A stretch of DNA of 64,000 bases from an uncultured virus (IMG/VR IMGVR_UViG_3300024507_000366) (lineage: Duplodnaviria; Heunggongvirae; Uroviricota; Caudoviricetes): IMG/VR virus record IMGVR_UViG_3300024507_000366; one strand, written 5' to 3'. Below, piece after piece: positions 56,940 to 63,645 of the stretch (the stretch's first letter is position 1; each line of letters opens with the position of its first letter). A model generated the notes under the pieces. The model did no database searches, had not been told where the DNA came from, and saw only the letters and a program-made list of their open reading frames with translations. The translations under genes were made by a program, and so were the position numbers.

Positions 56940-57188
56940 ACCAACGAATCGATAACCAGCATCATAAGGCTGAACTAGTAAACCTGTGGGTAGGTTCAGC
57001 TTTATGATCTTGCTGTTGTATTCCCTGATCAGGTGATCGTTGAAATCCTGATAGGTGCTAGATCCAGTTGCGTTATAGCCAGTTGCGGAGTACAAACCAG
57101 TAATTTCGGCCCGATAAGCTACCCAAGCACCGGACGTTACGGTATAATCGTTATGAATCTCTGCTTGAAGAAGGCGCGGGCTGTCCAT
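56925..57188 (-). CDS. Hypothetical protein; lone minus-strand gene with late motif
   Basis: AGTGTAAT 8 nt before ATG; Thr/Gly/Tyr-rich like the virion genes. Confidence 0.65.
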   Translation of the reverse strand: MDSPRLLQAEIHNDYTVTSGAWVAYRAEITGLYSATGYNATGSSTYQDFNDHLIREYNSKIIKLNLPTGLLVQPYDAGYRFVGSAIV

Positions 57189-57196
57189 ATATTTTA

Positions 57197-57202
57197 TTAC
57201 AC
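57197..57202 (-). promoter_or_regulatory. GTGTAA motif, candidate late promoter
   Basis: Minus strand reads AGTGTAATAAAATATATG. Confidence 0.7.
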
Positions 57203-57282
57203 TTAATGTCAGTTTTCAGTATTCTTTTATTTATTGTTTTTACCATATACTTGCTACAAAAACCTAATCACTTCATCAACAA

Positions 57283-57636
57283 ATGAACACCAGAAAGATT
57301 CTCATAAATGCGGACTACGGAGGGTTCGATCTCTCGGAGCAAGCTTGCGAGCTTTACCTTAGTAAGAAAAACCTTGCGTTTTCCAAGATTCCAAGAGAAA
57401 ACCCTCTGTTTGGCAACAAGTGTTCGTTCCAAGTTGGAGGCGACTACTGGTCTGCCTACAAAGTTCAGCGCGATGATCCAGTCCTAATCGAAGTTGTCGA
57501 AGAGCTTGGCTTGGAGAAGTCTGCTGGCGTGTTTGCCTCGCTGAAGATTGTGGAGATTCCCCTTGACGTTGAGTGGGAGATTTTTGAGTATGACGGCGTC
57601 GAGGAGATTCACGAAAAAAAGCGCAAGTGGAGCTAA
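57283..57636 (+). CDS. Conserved phage hypothetical protein
   Basis: IN..YGGF.LS..A...RDDPVLI.VVEELG...LKIVEIP.DV.W.I.EYDG.E. Confidence 0.7.
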   Translation: MNTRKILINADYGGFDLSEQACELYLSKKNLAFSKIPRENPLFGNKCSFQVGGDYWSAYKVQRDDPVLIEVVEELGLEKSAGVFASLKIVEIPLDVEWEIFEYDGVEEIHEKKRKWS

Positions 57637-57637
57637 T

Positions 57638-57856
57638 ATGTCCGAAGACGCCCATTCAGACCAGATGACAATCGTGATTTGCCAATGCTGCGAATCACAG
57701 TTCAGTCCCCAAGTTGAGCAAGTTCGTCAAGACGTTGACTTAGGTTACGTCTGCTCGGACTGCTTCATCCAACTCAGATGGGCTGGAGCGCGCCTCAAGG
57801 TCGCGACAATGAACCGCTGCACCAAGGCTCACAACAGCAGGGGCAACAACATTTAA
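57638..57856 (+). CDS. Small zinc-finger-like protein
   Basis: CQCC...CSDC. Confidence 0.5.
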   Translation: MSEDAHSDQMTIVICQCCESQFSPQVEQVRQDVDLGYVCSDCFIQLRWAGARLKVATMNRCTKAHNSRGNNI

Positions 57857-57857
57857 A

Positions 57858-58160
57858 ATGAATTTTAAACCACTCCCCGAGGAACTGACCAATCACGGGT
57901 ACAAGATGAAGATGGTAAAGCGCACTGATCTGGTCGCAATGTATTCCAAGTGCGGCGGCTTTGAGGTCGTTGCTGTTCAACGCCACAACGGCTATGAGAT
58001 CAAGGGCGTCAAGGTCGAGCCTGCCGAATATCTCCCCAAGGACGAAGACTTTGGGACAAAGGGCTGGTTCTTCTCTGGTCCGAATGGCCGCGAAATGGCG
58101 GAAGAAAAGTTCTCCGAATTGCAAAAAAGCCTCTTGACTAAGAGCAAGCTTTCTGATTAA
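57858..58160 (+). CDS. Hypothetical protein
   Basis: FEVV...E.LP.DEDFG..GW. Confidence 0.6.
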   Translation: MNFKPLPEELTNHGYKMKMVKRTDLVAMYSKCGGFEVVAVQRHNGYEIKGVKVEPAEYLPKDEDFGTKGWFFSGPNGREMAEEKFSELQKSLLTKSKLSD

Positions 58161-58198
58161 CTCTCAGCGTCAAATCAACCTAGTCTCACCTACTAACT

Positions 58199-58567
58199 AT
58201 GTTCTACACAATCGCAAACGAAGATCCGGTAGTCACGACGGTTCCAAACGACTACTTTTCCACTACGTTCTCCGCAACTCGACGGCACAAGGGTATCCAC
58301 GTTTACATCTTGGATAACAAGGATCAGAGAATCGGCGTCCTTGCCGTCACTGATGGCTACTATGACGACAAGAACGTTGTGATTGGCTGGTCTCTCTGCA
58401 ACTTCACCGCAGGCGACCGCTTCGACACTGAGCTTGGTCTGAAGATCGCCTACGAGCGTTCTGCCAAGCACTCCATCGCGCCGCTCCCGATGTCCATTCT
58501 TCCCCGCTACGAGGCTTTCCTCCATCGCGTGAAGAAGTATTACAAGAATAAAACGGTTATTTGCTAA
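58199..58567 (+). CDS. Hypothetical protein
   Basis: IGWSLC....DRFD.ELG.KIA..R; upstream TTGACT-17-TTAACT (58134-58162). Confidence 0.65.
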   Translation: MFYTIANEDPVVTTVPNDYFSTTFSATRRHKGIHVYILDNKDQRIGVLAVTDGYYDDKNVVIGWSLCNFTAGDRFDTELGLKIAYERSAKHSIAPLPMSILPRYEAFLHRVKKYYKNKTVIC

Positions 58568-58585
58568 CCTAGAGCCTCACCTAAA

Positions 58586-58831
58586 ATGGACGAGAACGCG
58601 CCAATCGCCCAAGCGGCGTCTGACTCTTACGGCGACGGTTCACCTTCCGCCGCCGCAACGTCCGTCATCCAAACCTACAACTACATCTTCCAGAAGTACC
58701 GCAGGGAATTTGAGGAGTCGTTGACCTACGACGAGACCAAGGACCGTAAGTACCAGAAGGAGATGCGAAAGCTTGCGAGAGAAAGGCAACGTCAAGCTGA
58801 GATCGATCAGATTGAAAAAGATCGCGGCTAG
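58586..58831 (+). CDS. Hypothetical protein
   Basis: Clean ORF. Confidence 0.55.
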   Translation: MDENAPIAQAASDSYGDGSPSAAATSVIQTYNYIFQKYRREFEESLTYDETKDRKYQKEMRKLARERQRQAEIDQIEKDRG

Positions 58832-58850
58832 TTTTTATTAATTATTTTTC

Positions 58851-58925
58851 GTCTCTATAGTTTAACGGATAAAACCGTGGATTTCTAATCCACTAATCAG
58901 GGTTCGATTCCCTGTGGAGACGCCA
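58851..58925 (+). tRNA. tRNA-Arg(UCU)
   Basis: GTCTCTA/TGGAGAC acceptor; GTGGA-TTTCTAA-TCCAC anticodon arm; GGTTCGATTCC; encoded CCA. Confidence 0.92.
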
Positions 58926-58932
58926 AATTTCA

Positions 58933-59472
58933 GTGCAGCACATCTGTTTAAATTGCAAGACAGAGTTTGTTAACTCTGACAAACGAAGTAAGTTTTGTAA
59001 GCAATCCTGCGCTGCGGTTTACAACAACAAGCTTTTTCCAAAAAGGAAAAGGCTGCGTAAATGCAAGAATTGTGATAACCTTGTCAAATCTGGCCGAACT
59101 TATTGCGAGACCTGTGTTTCTAAAAAAATCCATTTTTGTAAAAACGGAATGATTAAAAATGGATTGATCGAGGACAGAACTCTTGAAGAAGAAGTTTTCT
59201 TAAAAAAGCACAGAGGCGCTAACAGATACGACCACATCAGACAGCACGCCCAGCGTGTAATGAAAGACGAAAAACGCGCCTGCCAGTGCGGTTACGACAA
59301 GCACGTTGAAGTTTGCCACATAAAAGCCATAAGGGACTTCGATTTAAAAACAAAAATAAAAGACATTAACTCAAAGGAGAATCTCGTTCTCCTATGCCCC
59401 AACTGCCACTGGGAGTTTGACAATGGACTTTTGACCCTAAAAAATGTTGGTAATTCGCAGAGCAACGCTTGA
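58933..59472 (+). CDS. HNH endonuclease with N-terminal zinc fingers
   Basis: CLNC..FC..SC, CKNC, EVCHIK...NLVLLCPNCHWEFD. Confidence 0.85.
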   Translation: MQHICLNCKTEFVNSDKRSKFCKQSCAAVYNNKLFPKRKRLRKCKNCDNLVKSGRTYCETCVSKKIHFCKNGMIKNGLIEDRTLEEEVFLKKHRGANRYDHIRQHAQRVMKDEKRACQCGYDKHVEVCHIKAIRDFDLKTKIKDINSKENLVLLCPNCHWEFDNGLLTLKNVGNSQSNA

Positions 59473-59494
59473 CAGACGATCCTACACTGTGATA

Positions 59495-59626
59495 ATGTTA
59501 AGGGGCGAAGAGCCAAAGTGGATTCCAACAACTGACTACGAGCACCAACGAATTTTAGAAATCTACAAGCAAGATAGACGCTACGACGGCATCCTTAACG
59601 ACTTTTCAGACTACGACATCAAATGA
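59495..59626 (+). CDS. Small hypothetical protein
   Basis: ATG 59495, ATGA-coupled to next gene; TTGACA-16-GATAAT (59469-59496) overlaps the start. Confidence 0.4.
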   Translation: MLRGEEPKWIPTTDYEHQRILEIYKQDRRYDGILNDFSDYDIK

Positions 59627-59847
59627 ATATCAAAAAAGGTTTTGTAATCGAGTTCAACGTGCGGGGCGACAATGGGAAAAAGTATCCAAACTCCGTGATG
59701 ACGAGCGAAGAATTTGGCACAGAAGTGTTCAATGACTTGACAGAAGGCGAGCAAGCTGGTAGTGTATCTACAGACAGAGATATTGAAGGCATCGTTGGCT
59801 TCAACACCCCTGTCAAATACGACCGCGCATTCGTTATTTTAAATTAA
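59623..59847 (+). CDS. Hypothetical protein
   Basis: Clean ORF before tRNA. Confidence 0.55.
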   Translation: MNIKKGFVIEFNVRGDNGKKYPNSVMTSEEFGTEVFNDLTEGEQAGSVSTDRDIEGIVGFNTPVKYDRAFVILN

Positions 59848-59853
59848 TTTTAT

Positions 59854-59930
59854 CGTCCCATAGCTCAATTGGTTAGAGCAAGCTCTTTATAAGGGCTAGG
59901 TTCTGGGTTCAAGCCCCAGTGGGACCACCA
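59854..59930 (+). tRNA. tRNA-Ile(UAU)
   Basis: AGCTC-TTTATAA-GGGCT anticodon arm; TAGCTCAATTGGTTAGAGC D-arm; GGTTCAAGCCC; ACCA end; C1:C72 mismatch. Confidence 0.9.
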
Positions 59931-59938
59931 ATTTCACA

Positions 59939-60163
59939 ATGTCTTACGTTCAATTAACTGAAGCCCAACTCTATGACCTTGGAAGTCGCGGTTTACCGTA
60001 TGACGACAGGAATATTCTGAGGCTTCATATCCTGCATCTTCGTCACGAACACGATATGAATGTTCGTGATATTGCGAAGAGGATGGGAATGAAAATGAAG
60101 ACGGTACAAAAGTATTTGAAGTCCGATTCTGTCGAATTGCAAAAGTTTAGACCTGAGTTTTAA
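59939..60163 (+). CDS. Small HTH (sigma region 4-like) protein
   Basis: MNVRDIAKRMGMKMKTVQKYL. Confidence 0.6.
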   Translation: MSYVQLTEAQLYDLGSRGLPYDDRNILRLHILHLRHEHDMNVRDIAKRMGMKMKTVQKYLKSDSVELQKFRPEF

Positions 60164-60169
60164 AATTTC

Positions 60170-60244
60170 GGTGCTATAGCTCAATGGTAGAGCAGCGTCC
60201 TTTTAAGTCGTTGGTTCTGGGTTCAAATCCCAGTGGCACCACCA
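60170..60244 (+). tRNA. tRNA-Lys(UUU)
   Basis: GGTGCTA/TGGCACC; loop CTTTTAA; GGTTCAAATCC; ACCA. Confidence 0.92.
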
Positions 60245-60248
60245 ATTT

Positions 60249-60357
60249 TGGCGTAGGGCTAAGACGGTTCGATTCCGTCGTCATCTTGGCCGATGTTTAA
60301 TAGCCGATATGGACAAGGCAATGCATCTGCCATCAAGGTTCGATTCCTTGCGCGCCA
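60249..60357 (+). ncRNA. tRNA-like cloverleaf RNA with two T-arms
   Basis: TGGCGT/GCGCCA closing stem; GACGG-TTCGATT-CCGTC and CAAGG-TTCGATT-CCTTG; two further hairpins. Confidence 0.65.
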
Positions 60358-60386
60358 TCAATTCTCTTAATCAAGAAATAAATCAT

Positions 60387-60575
60387 ATGGAACACCCTCT
60401 ATATTATGCCATTGATTATGATCTTAATGTGATCAAGTTGGGCTATTTTGACAACTACCATCTTGCTTGTCTTTATGCTGAAAAAAAGGAGATTGAGTTT
60501 ATGAAAATTTTCAATCACGCTGAACTGGTTACTCTTTACAATAACATTGATGCTGCCACATCAGATTGGTCTTAA
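60387..60575 (+). CDS. Hypothetical protein
   Basis: Start moved to ATG 60387, downstream of the RNA. Confidence 0.55.
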   Translation: MEHPLYYAIDYDLNVIKLGYFDNYHLACLYAEKKEIEFMKIFNHAELVTLYNNIDAATSDWS

Positions 60576-60630
60576 CCGTTAGATGATAGCGGCATAAAAT
60601 GGAGCCTTCATTGGTTAGACAACCTTTTAC

Positions 60631-60659
60631 TTGACTTCCTTCAATCCTTCAAATACACT
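60631..60659 (+). promoter_or_regulatory. Sigma70-type promoter
   Basis: TTGACT-17-TACACT, 9 nt before ATG 60669. Confidence 0.6.
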
Positions 60660-60668
60660 GATCGCACA

Positions 60669-60866
60669 ATGAAAATCACAACCAAAAAGTCCAAGTCTGT
60701 CCGACTTGTTGCCGAAAGCTACGAAGACCGTTGCCTGCTGACCGAAATCAGCCGCAAGATGAACAACAATGCGTGCTATCACGAATACATTGACACTTCA
60801 GCATTTGACCGTCACGAACGTGTCACTGAACTGACCCTGTGCATTACAGAGCCCGTTAACTCTTAA
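60669..60866 (+). CDS. Hypothetical protein
   Basis: ORF with its own promoter. Confidence 0.55.
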   Translation: MKITTKKSKSVRLVAESYEDRCLLTEISRKMNNNACYHEYIDTSAFDRHERVTELTLCITEPVNS

Positions 60867-60910
60867 CGCTTTTAATGTTGACTTTCGCCGTGAATTTTTA
60901 CTATTAATTA

Positions 60911-61249
60911 ATGAAGCAATGCCGCCGCTGCGGGACCATAAAAGAAATCGAACAGTTCCCATTCTTTTCTGGTCAGCAGACGGGGCGCAAAAACACCTGT
61001 ACGGAATGCACGAAAGAGTTGTCTCGGTTAAGAGCAAAGCTCAAGACCGAGAATCCTCCACCAGCAGCGGGCGAATGCCCTATTTGCAGCACTCACACCG
61101 AAATCTGGATACTGGATCACTGTCACTTCACGAATGAGTTTCGGGGCTACATCTGCAACAACTGCAATCTCGCGCTTGGCAGATTCAACGACGACGAAAA
61201 ATTGTTGAGAAAAGCTATTGACTATTTGAACGGAAAAAATAGAGTGTAG
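60911..61249 (+). CDS. Endonuclease VII-family protein
   Basis: CRRC..K, CTEC, CPIC, LDHCH....RGYICNNCNLALG. Confidence 0.85.
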   Translation: MKQCRRCGTIKEIEQFPFFSGQQTGRKNTCTECTKELSRLRAKLKTENPPPAAGECPICSTHTEIWILDHCHFTNEFRGYICNNCNLALGRFNDDEKLLRKAIDYLNGKNRV

Positions 61250-61255
61250 GTAAAT

Positions 61256-61332
61256 GGCCGTATAGACCAACCGGCAGAGTCAAGTCACTTAAAATGACTG
61301 TAGTGTGGGTTCGAATCCCTCTGCGGCTACCA
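61256..61332 (+). tRNA. tRNA-Leu(UAA), short variable arm
   Basis: GGCCGTA/TGCGGCT; AGTCA-CTTAAAA-TGACT; 5-nt variable loop; GGTTCGAATCC; ACCA. Confidence 0.88.
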
Positions 61333-61339
61333 ATTTAAA

Positions 61340-61516
61340 ATGATTAAAATTATTCTGATGCCTTTTCGCGCAGCTTTGGCTGCTGCTGTTGTCATCGCAT
61401 TTTCTCCTGTTCTTTTGATCGCGCTGATTGTCGATCACTCGATCATCAGTTCAGAATTATGGAAAGACGTTTTTAATTTTGTTATTCACGGTTCAAACGA
61501 AGCTTACTGGGACTAA
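61340..61516 (+). CDS. 58-aa membrane protein absent from the ORF track
   Basis: MIKIILMPFRAALAAAVVIAFSPVLLIALIVD...EAYWD; fills the gap up to ATG 61518. Confidence 0.6.
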   Translation: MIKIILMPFRAALAAAVVIAFSPVLLIALIVDHSIISSELWKDVFNFVIHGSNEAYWD

Positions 61517-61517
61517 A

Positions 61518-61856
61518 ATGAAAAACACGACTAACACCCTCATTGGGGCAATCGCCATCTTGGCGATCATTACTATCTTCTCGCTAGAGACGAGAACGAA
61601 TGCGGCTAGCGAGGTCTATGACGAGCCTTCGCCGCAGATGCTGCTCTCCGAGGAGCACGCCGAAAGCATCATTTCCATCATTCAGACAGAAGGCTTTGAT
61701 GCGGCGTTTACTCATTACTCCAACTACCGCGACATCTCCGACCCGCACTTCCACTACTTGCGACAGAACTATATCGATGCTGCTGCGGAACTTATGAGTT
61801 ATCTTGCAGCTTCCTCTGGAAAGACTTTCGAGCCACCGTACTATTTAAAGAAATAA
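61518..61856 (+). CDS. Exported/membrane hypothetical protein
   Basis: N-terminal hydrophobic segment from MKNTTNTL. Confidence 0.6.
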   Translation: MKNTTNTLIGAIAILAIITIFSLETRTNAASEVYDEPSPQMLLSEEHAESIISIIQTEGFDAAFTHYSNYRDISDPHFHYLRQNYIDAAAELMSYLAASSGKTFEPPYYLKK

Positions 61857-61857
61857 A

Positions 61858-62280
61858 ATGAGAGATACTGCCAAAATATCCTTCGCGCTATTCTTCTGCG
61901 TAGCAATTCTGTTCTCACTAATCTTTTCACAGGAGAAGCCAACGCCAACAACCGCAGCAGTAGTATCGCCGGACACTTACTCTGCTGTTGAAGGACAAGT
62001 GGTAGAAATGAGTGCGACTGCTGAAGGGGACACTCCACTGACCTTTCAGTGGTACAAGAAAGGGTTAACGGATATTTTGGTTGGCGTCGGTCCGACATAC
62101 ACCATCCAAAACGCCAGAGTTTCTGATACCGGCACCTACTACGTATCTGCAACAAATTCTATTGGAGTTGCCCAAAGTAACATCGTAACGCTTAACGTCT
62201 CTCCCGCCCCCACAATCACAAACCCGCCGTCATTCATTTACATCGAAGCCCGCGACGACATTCGCCCAACATCATCGTGA
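61858..62280 (+). CDS. Exported Ig (I-set-like) domain protein
   Basis: Signal peptide; G..V.M.A.AEG..PLTFQWYK...YTI.NA..SDTGTYYV.ATN..G. Confidence 0.8.
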   Translation: MRDTAKISFALFFCVAILFSLIFSQEKPTPTTAAVVSPDTYSAVEGQVVEMSATAEGDTPLTFQWYKKGLTDILVGVGPTYTIQNARVSDTGTYYVSATNSIGVAQSNIVTLNVSPAPTITNPPSFIYIEARDDIRPTSS

Positions 62281-62816
62281 AGAAATCATTTTTTATCATT
62301 TTTATTCTCGCAGTTTTTTTTTGCTTCTCCGCGCCAGCCTGCTCACGAAAATCGGATGAGCCTCCGATGTTCAATGGGCAAACCATCAACAAGTTAAGCT
62401 TGATGGTTGCTTACAACATCCCGACAACCGGCAAAGCTTCTTATGCTGTCGTCAATCGGGACTGGGTGCTGTGGGCCTACGACGATTACCGCAAATGGTT
62501 AGGCAGCGGAGCTTATGGAGTAACAAAGTGGGACGACCGATCCCAATGCACCCTGTTTGCAACCGCTTTTGAAGTTTACTGCCAGCTTGCGTTCTTCCGC
62601 CAAGGCTTTCACAGCGACATTCAAGCGCAGGGAATTGCAGTTGGAACTGTATGGTATTTCACGTTCACTCCTATGCAGCAAGGAATGTTGGAAGGTCACG
62701 CAGTCAATCAGATCATCACGCAGAATGGGATGGAATACTTTGAGCCACAAACCGGCAAGTTTATCCAGTTGACAGAGGGTCAAAGACTGTCAACTTACTT
62801 CTCAAAATTCGACTAA
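62277..62816 (+). CDS. Exported papain/transglutaminase-like protein
   Basis: Signal/lipoprotein-like N-terminus; QCTLFA...IAVG...GHAVN...FEPQTG. Confidence 0.55.
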   Translation: MKKSFFIIFILAVFFCFSAPACSRKSDEPPMFNGQTINKLSLMVAYNIPTTGKASYAVVNRDWVLWAYDDYRKWLGSGAYGVTKWDDRSQCTLFATAFEVYCQLAFFRQGFHSDIQAQGIAVGTVWYFTFTPMQQGMLEGHAVNQIITQNGMEYFEPQTGKFIQLTEGQRLSTYFSKFD

Positions 62817-63460
62817 TGAAAATCGCTGTCCTGTCTGACACTCACGGCAAACACTTTGGCATCCAAGTGCCAGACGCCGACACGGTTATTCACTGCGGAG
62901 ACTTTTGTGATTTCGGGCAAATCAAAGACGCAATGTCGTTCTTGAATTGGTTTAACTGCTTACCGCACAAGAATAAAATTTTTATTGCTGGCAATCACGA
63001 CCTTGCCTTTGAGAAAGAAAGCTTCATCAAAAACTTACTAAAGCACGATTATCCGCAGTTAACTTACCTTGAAGACAGTGGGTGCGAAATCGAAGGAGTA
63101 AAGTTTTGGGGCTCGCCAGTTTCCCCACGTTTCTTCAACTGGGCGTTTAACCGGACTCGCGGCGCGGAGATCCGCCGCCATTGGGATATGATCCCTGCGG
63201 ATACAGACGTTTTGATCACGCACGGTCCACCTTATCAAATTCTTGATCGTGCTCCAAGGGGAAACTCTTACGATCACGTTGGGTGCAGAGACTTGCTCGA
63301 CAAGATAGTTCTACTGAGTCCGAAACTTCATTTGTTTGGGCACATCCACGCTGATGGAGGTAAAAGCTTTGTGAGCGGAATGAACACAATTTTCTGTAAC
63401 GCTTCCATCGTGAGCGAGGACTACAGCGTCACCAATCAGCCGCAAGTTTTTATTATTTAA
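62816..63460 (+). CDS. Metallophosphoesterase
   Basis: SDTHG, HCGD, AGNHD, THGPP, FGHIH. Confidence 0.9.
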   Translation: MKIAVLSDTHGKHFGIQVPDADTVIHCGDFCDFGQIKDAMSFLNWFNCLPHKNKIFIAGNHDLAFEKESFIKNLLKHDYPQLTYLEDSGCEIEGVKFWGSPVSPRFFNWAFNRTRGAEIRRHWDMIPADTDVLITHGPPYQILDRAPRGNSYDHVGCRDLLDKIVLLSPKLHLFGHIHADGGKSFVSGMNTIFCNASIVSEDYSVTNQPQVFII

Positions 63461-63462
63461 AA

Positions 63463-63645
63463 ATGAACCAGTTCAAAGAGGCGTCGATGGAAGATGTCAA
63501 CGCTGCTGCTGTTGCTGCAATTTCTTGCCTTGAACAGCTAAAAGTGCTTGACAGTAACGATCCGAAGCACGATGCTTTGTTCAACCAATTAACCGCAGTG
63601 ATGGAAAAGTATTTCAATTATCCCGATTACCAAGGCTTCCAATGA
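63463..63645 (+). CDS. Hypothetical protein
   Basis: ORF coupled to next gene. Confidence 0.55.
   Translation: MNQFKEASMEDVNAAAVAAISCLEQLKVLDSNDPKHDALFNQLTAVMEKYFNYPDYQGFQ

Noticed and set aside
58851..58925. Possible amber-suppressor (CUA) tRNA
   Set aside because: The 7-nt loop TTTCTAA centres on TCT (Arg); CTA is off-register.
60291..60331. Reading the tRNA-like RNA as an ochre suppressor (UUA) or tRNA-Cys (GCA)
   Set aside because: Neither loop has canonical geometry: one is a 12-nt loop, the other a 4-bp stem with an A32 loop and almost no variable region.
60309..60386. N-terminal extension of ORF 60309-60575
   Set aside because: It overlaps the structured tRNA-like RNA; ATG 60387 after an A/T spacer is the better start.
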